From: Podarcis gaigeae
Taxonomy: Eukaryota
NCBI GenBank assembly: GCA_964106915.2
Contig: OZ066914.1
Length of the DNA: 64,000 nucleotides
Reading direction: 5' to 3' (one strand)
In this document: positions 23,656 to 33,888 of the stretch, in pieces
How positions within the stretch are numbered: the first letter of the stretch is position 1
How the letters are laid out: each line of letters begins with the position of its first letter
The notes under the pieces: model-generated
Database searches by the model: none
Told to the model about the DNA's origin: nothing
The model's input: only the letters and a program-made list of their open reading frames with translations
Program-made: the position numbers and the translations under genes

Positions 23656-23661
23656 AATAAA
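23656..23661 (+). promoter_or_regulatory. Candidate PIDD1 polyadenylation signal AATAAA
   Basis: First AATAAA I found downstream of the stop (about 1.3 kb away). It sits at the tail of a degraded SINE-like remnant, so it is uncertain. Confidence 0.3.
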
Positions 23662-23814
23662 AACAAAATTCAAACCTTCACATTGTCACTGGTCGTAAGT
23701 GTGGGATGCATGGATGTTTGAGGAGGATAGGTTTCAGCAACCCTCACCTCTCAGTACCTATGCCCTCTGGACCTTCAGGGACATGCTGCTGCTATGCTCA
23801 GTGTCAGGCTGGTA

Positions 23815-25290
23815 ATAGTAATAGCAACAACAATAACAACAATAATAATTTTTATTTATACCCTGCCCTCCCCGGCCAACATCAGGGCGGCTAACATCAG
23901 GTATAAAAACAATGGATTAAAATACAACTTAAAAACAGGATTAAAATACAACTTAAAATGCAGCCTCATTTCAGTGGAAGCCCAAATCAAAAACTGTTTG
24001 GGAGGAGAAAACATAAAATCTTCACCAAGGCCAACTATCCAGACTGGTCCTACGTGGGCCAGAAAAAAGCCAGGGAAGTCCCCAAATAGGGGGTTCCATT
24101 ACAGAAGGAAAAGGAAAGAGGGGGAGGGGATCAGGCTGATTCCAAGCCAAAGGCCAGGCAGAACAACTCTGTCTTACAGGCCCTGCGGAAAGAAATCAGA
24201 TCCCACAGGGCCCTGGTCTCATGAGACAGAGCATTCCACCAGGCCAGAGCCAGTGTTGAAAAAGCCCTGGCTCTGGTTGAGGCTAATCTGACTTCCTTAG
24301 GGCCCAGGACCTCTAGAGTGTTGCTATTTATGGACCTTAAGGTCCTCCGCGGGGCATACCAGGAGAGGCGGTCCCTTGGGTATGAGGGTCCTAGGCCGCA
24401 AAGGGCTTTAAAGGTCAAAACCAGCACCTTAAACCTGACCTGTACTCCATCGGGAGCCAGAGCAACTGGAAAAGCACTGGGTGAATATGGTCCCGCCACG
24501 TAAGGAGCCTCGCCACAGCATTCTGCACCCACTGGAGTTTCTGGGAAAACTTCAAGGGCAGCCCCACGTAGAGTGAGTTACAGTAATCAAGCCTGGAGGT
24601 GACCGTCGCATGGATCACTGTGGCCAGATCAGGGCGGGAAAGGTAAGGGACTAACTGTTTGATATGGCGGAGATGGAAAAATGCTGCCTTTGCAGTAGCT
24701 GCAACCTGCGCCTCCATGGAGAGGGAGGTGTTGAAGGTTACACCCAAACTCTTGACAGAAGCACTGGCACAAGTTGAGCTCCTGCAAGAGATGGGAGTTG
24801 GCGCCCCAACCCCATACCGTCCTGACCCAGCCAGAGGACTGTTGTCGAAGGGTTTAACTTCAACTGGCTCCCATGCAGCCATCCAGCCATAGCTTCCAGA
24901 CATCTGATCAGTGTGTCTGGGGCCGACTCAGGATGGCCATCCATCAACAGATAAGAGTTGGGTGTCATCAGCATATTGATAACAACCCAGCCCAAAACTC
25001 TGGACAATCTGAGCAAGGGGGCACATAAAGATGTTTAAAAGCATCGGGGAAAGGATTGCGCCCTGTGGCACTCCACACACCAAGGGGTGCCGCAACGACA
25101 TCTCCTTCCCTAGTGCTACCCTCTGTTCCCAACCTGAGATAAAGGAACGCAGCCATTGTCGGACTGTGCCCTGAATCCCCATGTCGGCAAGGCAAGTGAT
25201 CCAAAAGATTGTGATCAACCATGTTGAAGGCTGCTGATGGGTCTAAAAGAATCAGCAGTCCCGACCCGCCTCGGTCCAGTTGTCTACGGA
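23815..25290 (-). mobile_element. 5'-truncated, frameshifted L2-clade LINE (RT domain to 3' tail)
   Basis: RT motifs across minus-strand ORFs: LLILLD.SAAF..VDH, GVPQGAILSP, YADDTQL, SRLDYCN, RAFS..WNAL. Ends in a (TTA/TTG)-type tail. Confidence 0.9.
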
Positions 25291-25438
25291 AACAGACGGT
25301 ACAGACGGTCTCCCCAGCAGATCATAAGTTGGGCTATTTCTACTTCAGATACTTGAGACCCAAGGCATTCAGGGCTAAGTAAGTTAGCAAGACAACATTT
25401 AACTGGGCCCGAATAGCATATAGGCAGCCAACACAGTA

Positions 25439-25904
25439 CAGTGGTACCTTGGTTCTCAAACGCCTTGGTACTCAAACAACTTGGAACCCAAACCCTGCAA
25501 ACCTGGAAGTGTTCCGGTTTGCGAACTTTTTTTGGAAGCCGAACATGCTCCATTTTGAGTGTTATGCTTCTGATTTGAGTGCCACACTTCCGTTTTGAGT
25601 GTTATTCTGAGGTCTGTCAATTTTTGCTATTTATTTTGCATTTTTGTTTTTGCTGCTCTTTTTGTTTTGTTTTTGTGATTGTGTGGAACCAGGTTCGGCT
25701 CCTGATTGATTGATTGATTGTGTGTCTGCAGTACATCGTTTATTGCTTTCATTTTATGGATCAGTGCTCTCGTTAGATAGTAAAATTCATGTTAAATTGC
25801 TGTTTTACGGATTGTTTTTAGAAGTCTGCACCATGGTTTTGGAACACTTTGGTTTTGGAACGGACTTCCGGAACGGATAAAGTTTGAGAACCAAGGTACC
25901 ACTG
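25439..25904. mobile_element. Tc1/mariner-pogo (Tigger-like) MITE
   Basis: Perfect 23-bp TIRs (CAGTGGTACCTTGGTTCTCAAAC) and a TA TSD on both sides. Confidence 0.9.
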
Positions 25905-26613
25905 TACACTCAGAAGCAGTATTATGTGGTTCTGAATGTGGCAAACTGGGTCACTTGTTTACAACCCTACCAGCCACATCCTGCAGCTTCCAGAACACTT
26001 TCCCAGGTAGTCTGGTGCTGACCACATTGCACCAATCTAGATCTGAGGTCACTGGAGCATGGGGTTAACTGGTCCTAACCTGTCCAGTCCATAAATTACC
26101 ATAAGTAGTGCATGAGAACTTAAGTCACTTATATTAGCCATGAAAATTTAAACTGGGCTTGTAATGCAGCCTGATGTACACTAGGTGGAAGCAGCACAGC
26201 TCCAGATTTTATACATGCGAAGAAAATGGAACCTTGCCTGAGCCAGGCTGGTTTCTTGGCCAATACAACCCCATCAATCAGTCTGCAATAAAGAACGTAA
26301 AGTATTTTAGCCCCAAGATAAGACCTGAGCAGATTAGACTCTTTCACTCCTTCCTTTAACTCACAGGCTGAACTGTGCTTGGCAACTGCTTCTTGAAAAG
26401 TTATACCAAATTAAAGGGGGAGAGGAGAGGAGAATTAACCCTTTTGTTGCTGTAACCGATGAAGCTGTGGGAACAACATGCAAAAAACAAAACAAGTGTT
26501 GCAGATTATTTTTAAAAGAGATCAGGAATACTTTATAGACCACAGTAAAATGTTAAAAAAATTAGGTGTTCGTGGTGCTTGAAACGGTAATGTTGCTCTG
26601 GTATGCATGTGTA

Positions 26614-26977
26614 GGGACGCAGGTGGCGCTGTGGGTTAAAGCCTCAGCGCCTAGGACTTGCCGATCGAAAGGTCGGTGGTTCGAATCCCTGCGGCGGGGT
26701 GCGCTCCCGCTGCTCGGTCCCAGCGCCTGCCAACCTAGCAGTTCGAAAGCACCTCCGGGTGCAAGTAGATAAATAGGGACCCCTTACCAGCGGGAAGGTA
26801 AACGGCATTTCCGTGTGCGGCTCTGGCTCGCCAGAGCAGCGATGTCACGCTGGCCACGTGACCCGGAAGTGTCTCCGGACAGCGCTGGCCCCTGGCCTCT
26901 TGAGTGAGATGGGCGCACAACCCCAGAGTCTGTCAAGACTGGCCCGTACGGGCAGGGGTACCTTTACCTTTACCTTT
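26614..26977 (+). mobile_element. Full-length Sauria SINE
   Basis: tRNA-derived head with A box (GGTGGCGCTGTGG) and B box (GGTTCGAATCCC), an (ACCTTT)n tail, and a perfect 12-bp TSD TATGCATGTGTA (26602-26613 and 26978-26989). Confidence 0.92.
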
Positions 26978-27849
26978 TATGCATGTGTAAGATGAGTTGT
27001 CTTCAGTGTTTTTAGACATAAATTCACCTTTATCCCAAGGCTGCACTTTGGGATCCATTTCTTTATCGCCCCTGCATATATGACCTGCCAGCTGAAAACC
27101 AGTGCTCTACCTAGATCAACTAGTGCAACTCCTCGCTCTGTGCAGGAAACTCGGCACTAGAGACACCCCCAAAGGTGAGTGGGGAGGTTTTATCACCCCC
27201 CTCCCCATGGTACTTAGACCTCCTACGCAATGAGCCACAGGTGGCTGCTCTCAGCTTTTCTCAATGTGCAAAATGGGGAAGAAGAAAAGACGGAGAGAGG
27301 AATTGAAAGAAAATGCCCTTGAACACATGGCTTTTGAGGAAAGCATTCCTCAGTATAAAAGCCAATACAAAATGGGTCCACTGCATGTTTTTCTTGTTCT
27401 ACATTGATACTGACAGCGTGCTGTAGATTCCAGGGAATCCACTGGCCTGATATGGGTTTGTGTGGAAGTCTGGTATTCTCCTGCATTGATGATCTTAAGC
27501 ACAGTTGCTGGTCACATTATTTAAATCATGAAATTTGTTTCATCTTTTTGTATGGAATTATATGTTAGCATGCAGTCTGTTTCTCTTACTCTTGTCTAAA
27601 GAAGGGGAGAAAATAATTCATTTTTGTTTTGAACAGGAAACCTTGGTAACAGCCTGATGTTGGCTGAACATGAATTATTCTGTTACATAATTTTTTTAAC
27701 CCAGATAAAAAGAGAAGTGAAACTTCTTTTCTACAGGCAGCTATCTGAGTTAGCTGCTTTTAGCAGCATGGGCTGCAGTCCTAATCCCACTAACCTGGGA
27801 GTAAACTCAATTGAATTCTATAGGATTTCCTTTTAAAAAAAATCCAAAA

Positions 27850-28720
27850 AATTCCATTGTTCATCAAATTCATCTTGTTTGACCTCCTCCCCCCTGCCCT
27901 GGCTTCCAAATTCAATCAGTCATAATCTTGCATATCATTATTTTTCCTCTATAAGTTTCAAACCTTATTAATAAATAAATTGTTCAAATTTATCCCGTCA
28001 TAAATGTTACAACAACCCTGCTAATGTTTTAACATATTTACAGTGTTCTTTAACATATTCTATAAATTTTATTCAATCTTGTGTAAATTTCTTCTCATCT
28101 TGTTGCCTGATCTTCACAGTAAGTTTTGCCATTTTGGCATAGTATCTTCTTCGTTATCCATTCTTGCTTCGTCGGTGTACCTTCTTTCCATTTTTGGGCA
28201 AACAACATTTTAGCGGCCGTGGTAGCATACATAAACAGTCTCTTTAGATTCCTTGGTATCTCTGCCCCCACTATTCCAAGCAAAAAGGCTTCTGGTTTTT
28301 TATGAAAGGTTATCTTAAACATTTTTAACTCATTATAAATCATTTCCCATAAGTCTTTTGCCCCTCTACAAGTCCACCAAATATGCATAAAGGTACCATC
28401 ATTATCTTTACATTTCTAACATGTTTTGGTGCAATTTTTATACATCTTTGCAACTGGGGTTAGGTACCAATGGTACATCATTTTCTTATAGTTTTCCTTT
28501 AATGAACTACATGCAGTAAATTTTAGATCCTTCTTCCACAGCCTTTCCCATGACTCAAGTGGGACATTATGTCCTTGAGTGGGATATTATTGCCCATTTT
28601 ACCATTACATCTTTAACTTGTTCATCTTTTGTTTCCCATTCCAACAGTAGTTTATACATTTTTGTTAATAATTTTTCATTATTTTCCAACAAATCTTTTT
28701 CAAACCTTGAGAATTCCTTC
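27850..28720 (-). mobile_element. L1-clade LINE 3' fragment (ORF2 C-terminal CCHC region)
   Basis: KWYLTP...C..C...HIWWTC..K..W...EAFLLGI...AQKWK (ORF 28095..28388). The minus strand is A-rich. Boundaries are approximate. Confidence 0.8.
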
Positions 28721-29664
28721 CAAAAGCTGAATTCAATAGGATTTCCTTCTGAGTAGTGTTGGGGAAGAAATTCAGTTCAGTTCCTATTTTAAGGTGAACC
28801 CACTTAATCCATACTTTCCAAAGCAAGACAGGAACCAAAACGCAGCCATCCTTCTAAAAGCACTCTATTCTGAATTTTGCAATGTACTTCCCCAATCAAT
28901 GTGCTCAAAAAATGCACATGCAGCAGTAAAGAAATGGGATGCAACCCATATAACAATATTGTGGGTTCCTAGGAAGCAAAACATTGCCCCATTCCCTGTT
29001 TAAAAGGCTATCCCTTACAGCCACACTGCTTCCTACTTCACACATCAGAATGGTTCTCAAGCTACTGAACTAGAATACAAAACTAGTGTCACTGTTGTGG
29101 TAAGGGAGGAGGGAGGGGTCCCCCACCCCATTCTCTGCAAAAATAATTGCCAAGCACAGTTGAAAAGCGCTTTCCTACATGACTTGAAATGTGATTTATC
29201 ACCTGCAAACAGCAATGTTCTTATTGTACCAGTGAGAGCTGCAGGTGTAAGAGCAGAGTCAGCAGTGTGGTGGTGCTAAGAAAGAGGTTTGATTCTTCTA
29301 ACTCTAAACAATGTTCTCTTATGGTCAAAGAGCATGAATTTTTGCCTGCACATATATCTGTCAATGATGTGATACATGCAAGTTAATTGGCTAATAGCCT
29401 GTTGCTTCATTATGGGGGGAAATTGGTGAAGTGTAACAGTGTGCCCTGATTTCAAAGAAATTGCCTCACACTTTGATGTAGTATGGCCTATCTGCTCCTA
29501 TTGCTGTGCAATCATTAATGTACCCACATTGCTTTCTGCTGAGTGGTTTTTCTCTGCATTTTCAAAATGTGTATTCCTGTTGTGAGCCTCATCCTACTTT
29601 TCCTACTCAAGCTCTTCTTGTCCCTTGCACTGTGCAAAATAATTCATTCTTGTCTTCCCTGTTT

Positions 29665-29873
29665 GTTGTTGTTGTTTAGTCATTTAGTCTTGTCCGACTC
29701 TTCGTGACCCCATGGACCAGAGCACGCCAGGCACTCTTGTCTTCCACTGCCTCCCGCAGTTTGGTCAAACTCATGTTGGTAGCTTTGAGAACACTGTCCA
29801 ACCATCTTGTCCTCTGTCGTCCCCTTCTCCTTGTGCCCTCCATCTTTCCCAACATCAGGGTCTTTTCCAGGGA
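29665..29873 (-). mobile_element. BovB (RTE) LINE 3' fragment
   Basis: (CAA)n tail, LEKTLMLGK.....RGR..WL motif, and a near-perfect 13-bp TSD (gtcttccctgttt/gtctttcctgttt). Confidence 0.88.
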
Positions 29874-30519
29874 GTCTTTCCTGTTTATTCACCTTAAATA
29901 TCCCCCCCCAATCTATATGCAAAACACTTTCACGTCTCAAAATCTCTCTGCTGAAATATCTAATGTAAATCCTAGGCAGTGAGCAAGGCTAAAGTTTTGT
30001 CTTCACTAAAAAGAAAATACCCACATTCTTAAAAACAAACAGAATAACTATTATTTAATACAGAATAACTATTATTTAATAGTTGGAGCTGCCAAGGATG
30101 ATGTTTCATGGCAGGATGATAACTCATTAGGAGAGAATGCTGATGACACAGAATACTATTACAGGAATATCTCTTATTTTTATAGCCCTGCCTCCTTATC
30201 TTTACTCTTTCACCCTTTTTGAATATCAAAGCAACCAAAATATTTGCTCCTCTCCCTCATTTAAGTGTGCAGGCATACATGACACCTGACAGCTGTTCAA
30301 GTAACTGCCATACATGCTGCCCTGACCAGTCTAGCTTCTGTGTGAAAGAGGAAGTGGGTCTCTTTGAATGGCTTCCTTTCAAGCAAAAAGGCAGTTTCCA
30401 AGCTGGAGTCTGTATGCCTTTGATATTCGCTTAAAAGTAATTCCCCTCCCCTTCTTCTTGCTTGCCCTCAGATTTTGCAGACTAATGATGGAGATTATGG
30501 AACAAAATGAGATTATGGC

Positions 30520-30709
30520 AGGGTGCACACTATAGACCTTTAAAGCACATTCAAAACTCATTTTTCCACTCCAAGAATTCTGGGCACTGTGGTTTGCTAA
30601 GGGTTCTGGGAATTGTAACCCTGTGAGGAGTAAACTACAGTGCCCAGAATTCTTTCAGTGGAAAAATGTTCTTCAGACACGCTTTAAAGGTATAGTGCAT
30701 GCACAACCT
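30520..30709. mobile_element. Long imperfect palindromic MITE, possibly PIF/Harbinger-like
   Basis: Arms tgcacactatagacctttaaagc...aagaattctgggcactgt pair with acagtgcccagaattctt...gctttaaaggtatagtgca. Confidence 0.55.
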
Positions 30710-31989
30710 AAGTGAATATTAATATATATTTGTGCCTTCCCATCAATCTAAAACAGCAAGATGAATGAAAAGCGAACTAGTCTCTCTTTTTAGAAATTGT
30801 CCATATGCAAAATAGCAGTGTTGTCCTGCCCCACATTCTTCACAAGCTCAGGAGCTTTCCGGATGCTGCAATTTGTCCAGGAAATATTGTACATGACTGA
30901 ACAATCCAGACATCCGTGTTCTCCATCTGCTCTCAAACTGCTAACACAAGTTCCTAGAAAACCACAACTGCCGTCTCAGGAAGTGGGACTGTGGAAGTTG
31001 GCTGTGCTTTGATGACACAGGCGCTTGGTGGATGGCACATCACATGGTGAAGCAGTGATGCCTCCCTTGGCTCATCCATGCTGCTGAAAACTGAGTTACA
31101 CAGTGTGTTTGTTTCTGCTAGAAATATTATGCCCAAGAGGCCATTTTGAGATGCTATGTATATGTTAGGGGTAGTGGAAGTTGAGTTGTTATAAAGTGCC
31201 TAACAATTGACCATTGCACATGTTAACTAAGTTGCATGAAGAATGTGTGCATCACCTGTCCATGAAGAGTGAATTGTGCACATTTCCCAGTCAATATGCA
31301 CAATATCCAATAGGTACTGGGGAATGTGCATATTTCTACTAGCCAATATGCATAAGCCCCAACAAGTGCTGGGGTATGTGAGTATCTCAAGTGAATTTTG
31401 TACATTCTTTTGCCAATACGCATTATTGCCAATGTGCGTATCTCCAATGCATTTTTTGCACTTTCTGAGCAACATGCACATTCTCTGGGCAATATGCATA
31501 GTTGCCAAGAAACACACCCTTCTTTTCTCTCTTTAGTTCAGAAGTGTGCAATCTGTGCATGCACACACACAATCTCAGCTGTGGGCAATAGATGGTTATC
31601 TAGGGGGGGGGAGGCAGTCTTGAGAGTGGGGTATTTAGGCTGAATCCTGACTTCACTTACCTGGGAGTAAGCCCCGTTTAATTAATTAGGAGGATTTACT
31701 TCTGAGTATACATAGATTGCCTTCTAACTGACGTTTAGATTCTCCAGGATCCCAGGTAACTGATTGATGCACGCAGACTAATCTTATGCATAAAGTTATT
31801 TCCACTGATTTCAAGGGGACTTGCTCCCAAATGAGGGCCCATATGATTGTAGGCTTATTCCCTACCTTTTTGCAAACAACGTCCTATTTTCTTAATACGT
31901 TGGTAGCAAGGGGGAAACCAAAAGAATTCCGAAAAATAAGGGCGATCTTTATGCAAAGCTTCGATTAGGAAGCTCAAAGTTTCTCCCTA

Positions 31990-33480
31990 ACTTTGCTTTC
32001 CCCCGCCCCCTCGGCGAGATTTTTTATTTCTCTCGTGTGTGATTTTCGCAGGCTGCGAAATCTGACCTCATCCGCGAACGGGCGTGTCGTGACGTCAGCG
32101 GGCGGCCCCCTCCCGCTTCTGACAGCAGCAAGCAGCAGCAAGCAGCGCTGGACCGGTGATGGGAGGAGTGAGTCCTGTACTAAGTCGGGGAGAGTTTTGA
32201 CGCGGGCGCTTTCACGTGAGCCCTCCTGGGGCTGGAAACTATTGTGCGGAGCCCAGAGAGAGAGTGGCAGCAAGCGGGGAAAGTGGCTGCCATTGCACGC
32301 AGCGGCCAGAGGCGGCGGTGCCGAGCTGGTGCTGGGAAAGAAACTGCACGGACATCCTGGTTTGTACCACTTAAAGGAACAGCCAGAGAGTCGAGGGAGG
32401 GAAAGAGCGAGGGAGCAGCCAGCCAGCCATAGACTCAGCCAGATCGGTGCTTTCCCGGCTGTTTCCCGACAGAGGCGGAGCGCCCGTACGGCTCGGTGAG
32501 TGCCCTTGGTTCCTTTTCGCCCCCTTCCCTTGCCGCTCTGGGATGCCAGATGGGCTGTGGGGAGCGTCATCTGCCCCACGCTTCCTCGCAAGCTTCCTCG
32601 CTCCAGCCCCAAGGGCGGGCGGGCGGATGAGCGCCTGGAATTGTTCCACTGAGCGTTATTGGGAATGGTTTGCCAATGCAGCCGGGGTTGCAACCCTTCT
32701 CCGCCCTCCGTCCCTCCCTCCGTTGCATGGTGAGCTGGCGCGCCGCGGCCGGTTGCAACCCGGCAGGGATTAGCCTCCCACCTAGTGCGCGCGTGTCCTT
32801 TCCTCCTGCTCAAATGCAGAGCGAAACGGCAGGATTAAAGCCGCGGCGCCCGCAGGGAACTCCGCCGCGGATACCGAGCGGCGCGAGGAGGGCGTCTTCT
32901 CGGCCAACTCCACCCGGGAGATCCTGCTCTTCCTCCCTCCCTCCATCTCCAACCCCCCCACCCCCGAGGGAGTAGGGATCTGTTGCATCATGCCCCCTTT
33001 ATCTTTACTACATCTCCACCCTTTCCCTTGGAGCAACCGGAAAGTTTGACTGGAGCCCAGCGTCCTCCTCAGCCATATGGGGAGCCCCGCTGCACCCCTC
33101 GGGAGCGTGGCCACGAACCCCTTCCTGTATCCTCCCCGTATCTGACTGCGTTGCCTAGCCTGACTTTAGAGCACTGGGGGCGGCTGGGAAGTGCCCGGAG
33201 CTCAATACTGAAGCGTTGGGGGGCGTGTGAGGTCAATAGGGGGGAAGAAGAGGGCAGTTGCTCTGCGCGTGTCTGGGATGCTCCACGCTCTGGTCCTGCG
33301 TGGGCTTAACTTTTCCCTCAGCCCCGCCGCGGGGCTCCCTCTCGAGGCCACGCGCCAAAGCGGCCGCGTGACCTTTTCACCTGCTCGCCCCTCAGCCTCA
33401 GCTTGGCTTCCGATAGCGCGACCTTTGGCTTAGCGTTTGAGGGGTGCTCCTTTATGAATGCTGCCAGTGACCCTGGAAAC
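31990..33480. promoter_or_regulatory. CpG island promoter of the next gene (probably SLC25A22)
   Basis: High CpG and GC content. Perfect CRE TGACGTCA at 32090-32097, E-box TCACGTGA at 32212-32219, TGACCT half-site at 32063, and GC boxes. Confidence 0.8.
32250..32495 (+). other. SLC25A22: Probable non-coding first exon (start approximate) of SLC25A22, mitochondrial glutamate carrier 1; its intron extends past the window end
   Basis: Consensus donor TCG|gtgagt at 32495/32496 in the CpG island. Identity rests only on the conserved PIDD1-SLC25A22 tandem order. No carrier-coding exon was found in the window. Confidence 0.45.
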
Positions 33481-33508
33481 TTCGTGGCGGAAACATAAAG
33501 TAATACCA

Positions 33509-33511
<3 letters not shown>

Positions 33512-33540
<29 letters not shown>
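33512..33540. repeat. (TGC)n repeat at the edge of the CpG island
   Basis: Read directly from the sequence. Confidence 0.9.
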
Positions 33541-33542
<2 letters not shown>

Positions 33543-33851
33543 TCAACCCAGTGAAAATGCAGGGACTCTTGTGGCCCTCCCCTCTCCTTGGACGGCTTAA
33601 AGTGTTTTTAAGCATCTTGGTGCCCAGCGGTTTGATGTGGATACTGGACTAGGCAAATGCCTTCTAGATTCCCATTACCCTTGCAGAAGCAGTGCCTGCC
33701 CTCCAACCTTGTTCTCCAGCAGGGCAGCCTCTTGTTGTGCCGCCTCCTACATGCTGGAAGCAGCGTGGCAGATTCTCAGGCCAAAGTCTCCACCTCCTCT
33801 GAGGGAGATGGCAGCCTCAGCCTGCCAGGACCAATCAAGCTGCATGAAGCT

Positions 33852-33888
<37 letters not shown>

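Noticed and set aside
26614-26700. tRNA gene
   Set aside because: The A/B boxes belong to the Sauria SINE head; there is no complete cloverleaf.
30040-30081. Short direct duplications (also near 23914-23959 and 62953-62987) as CRISPR-like repeats
   Set aside because: Only two copies each, no spacer array and a eukaryotic context; these are ordinary slippage duplications.
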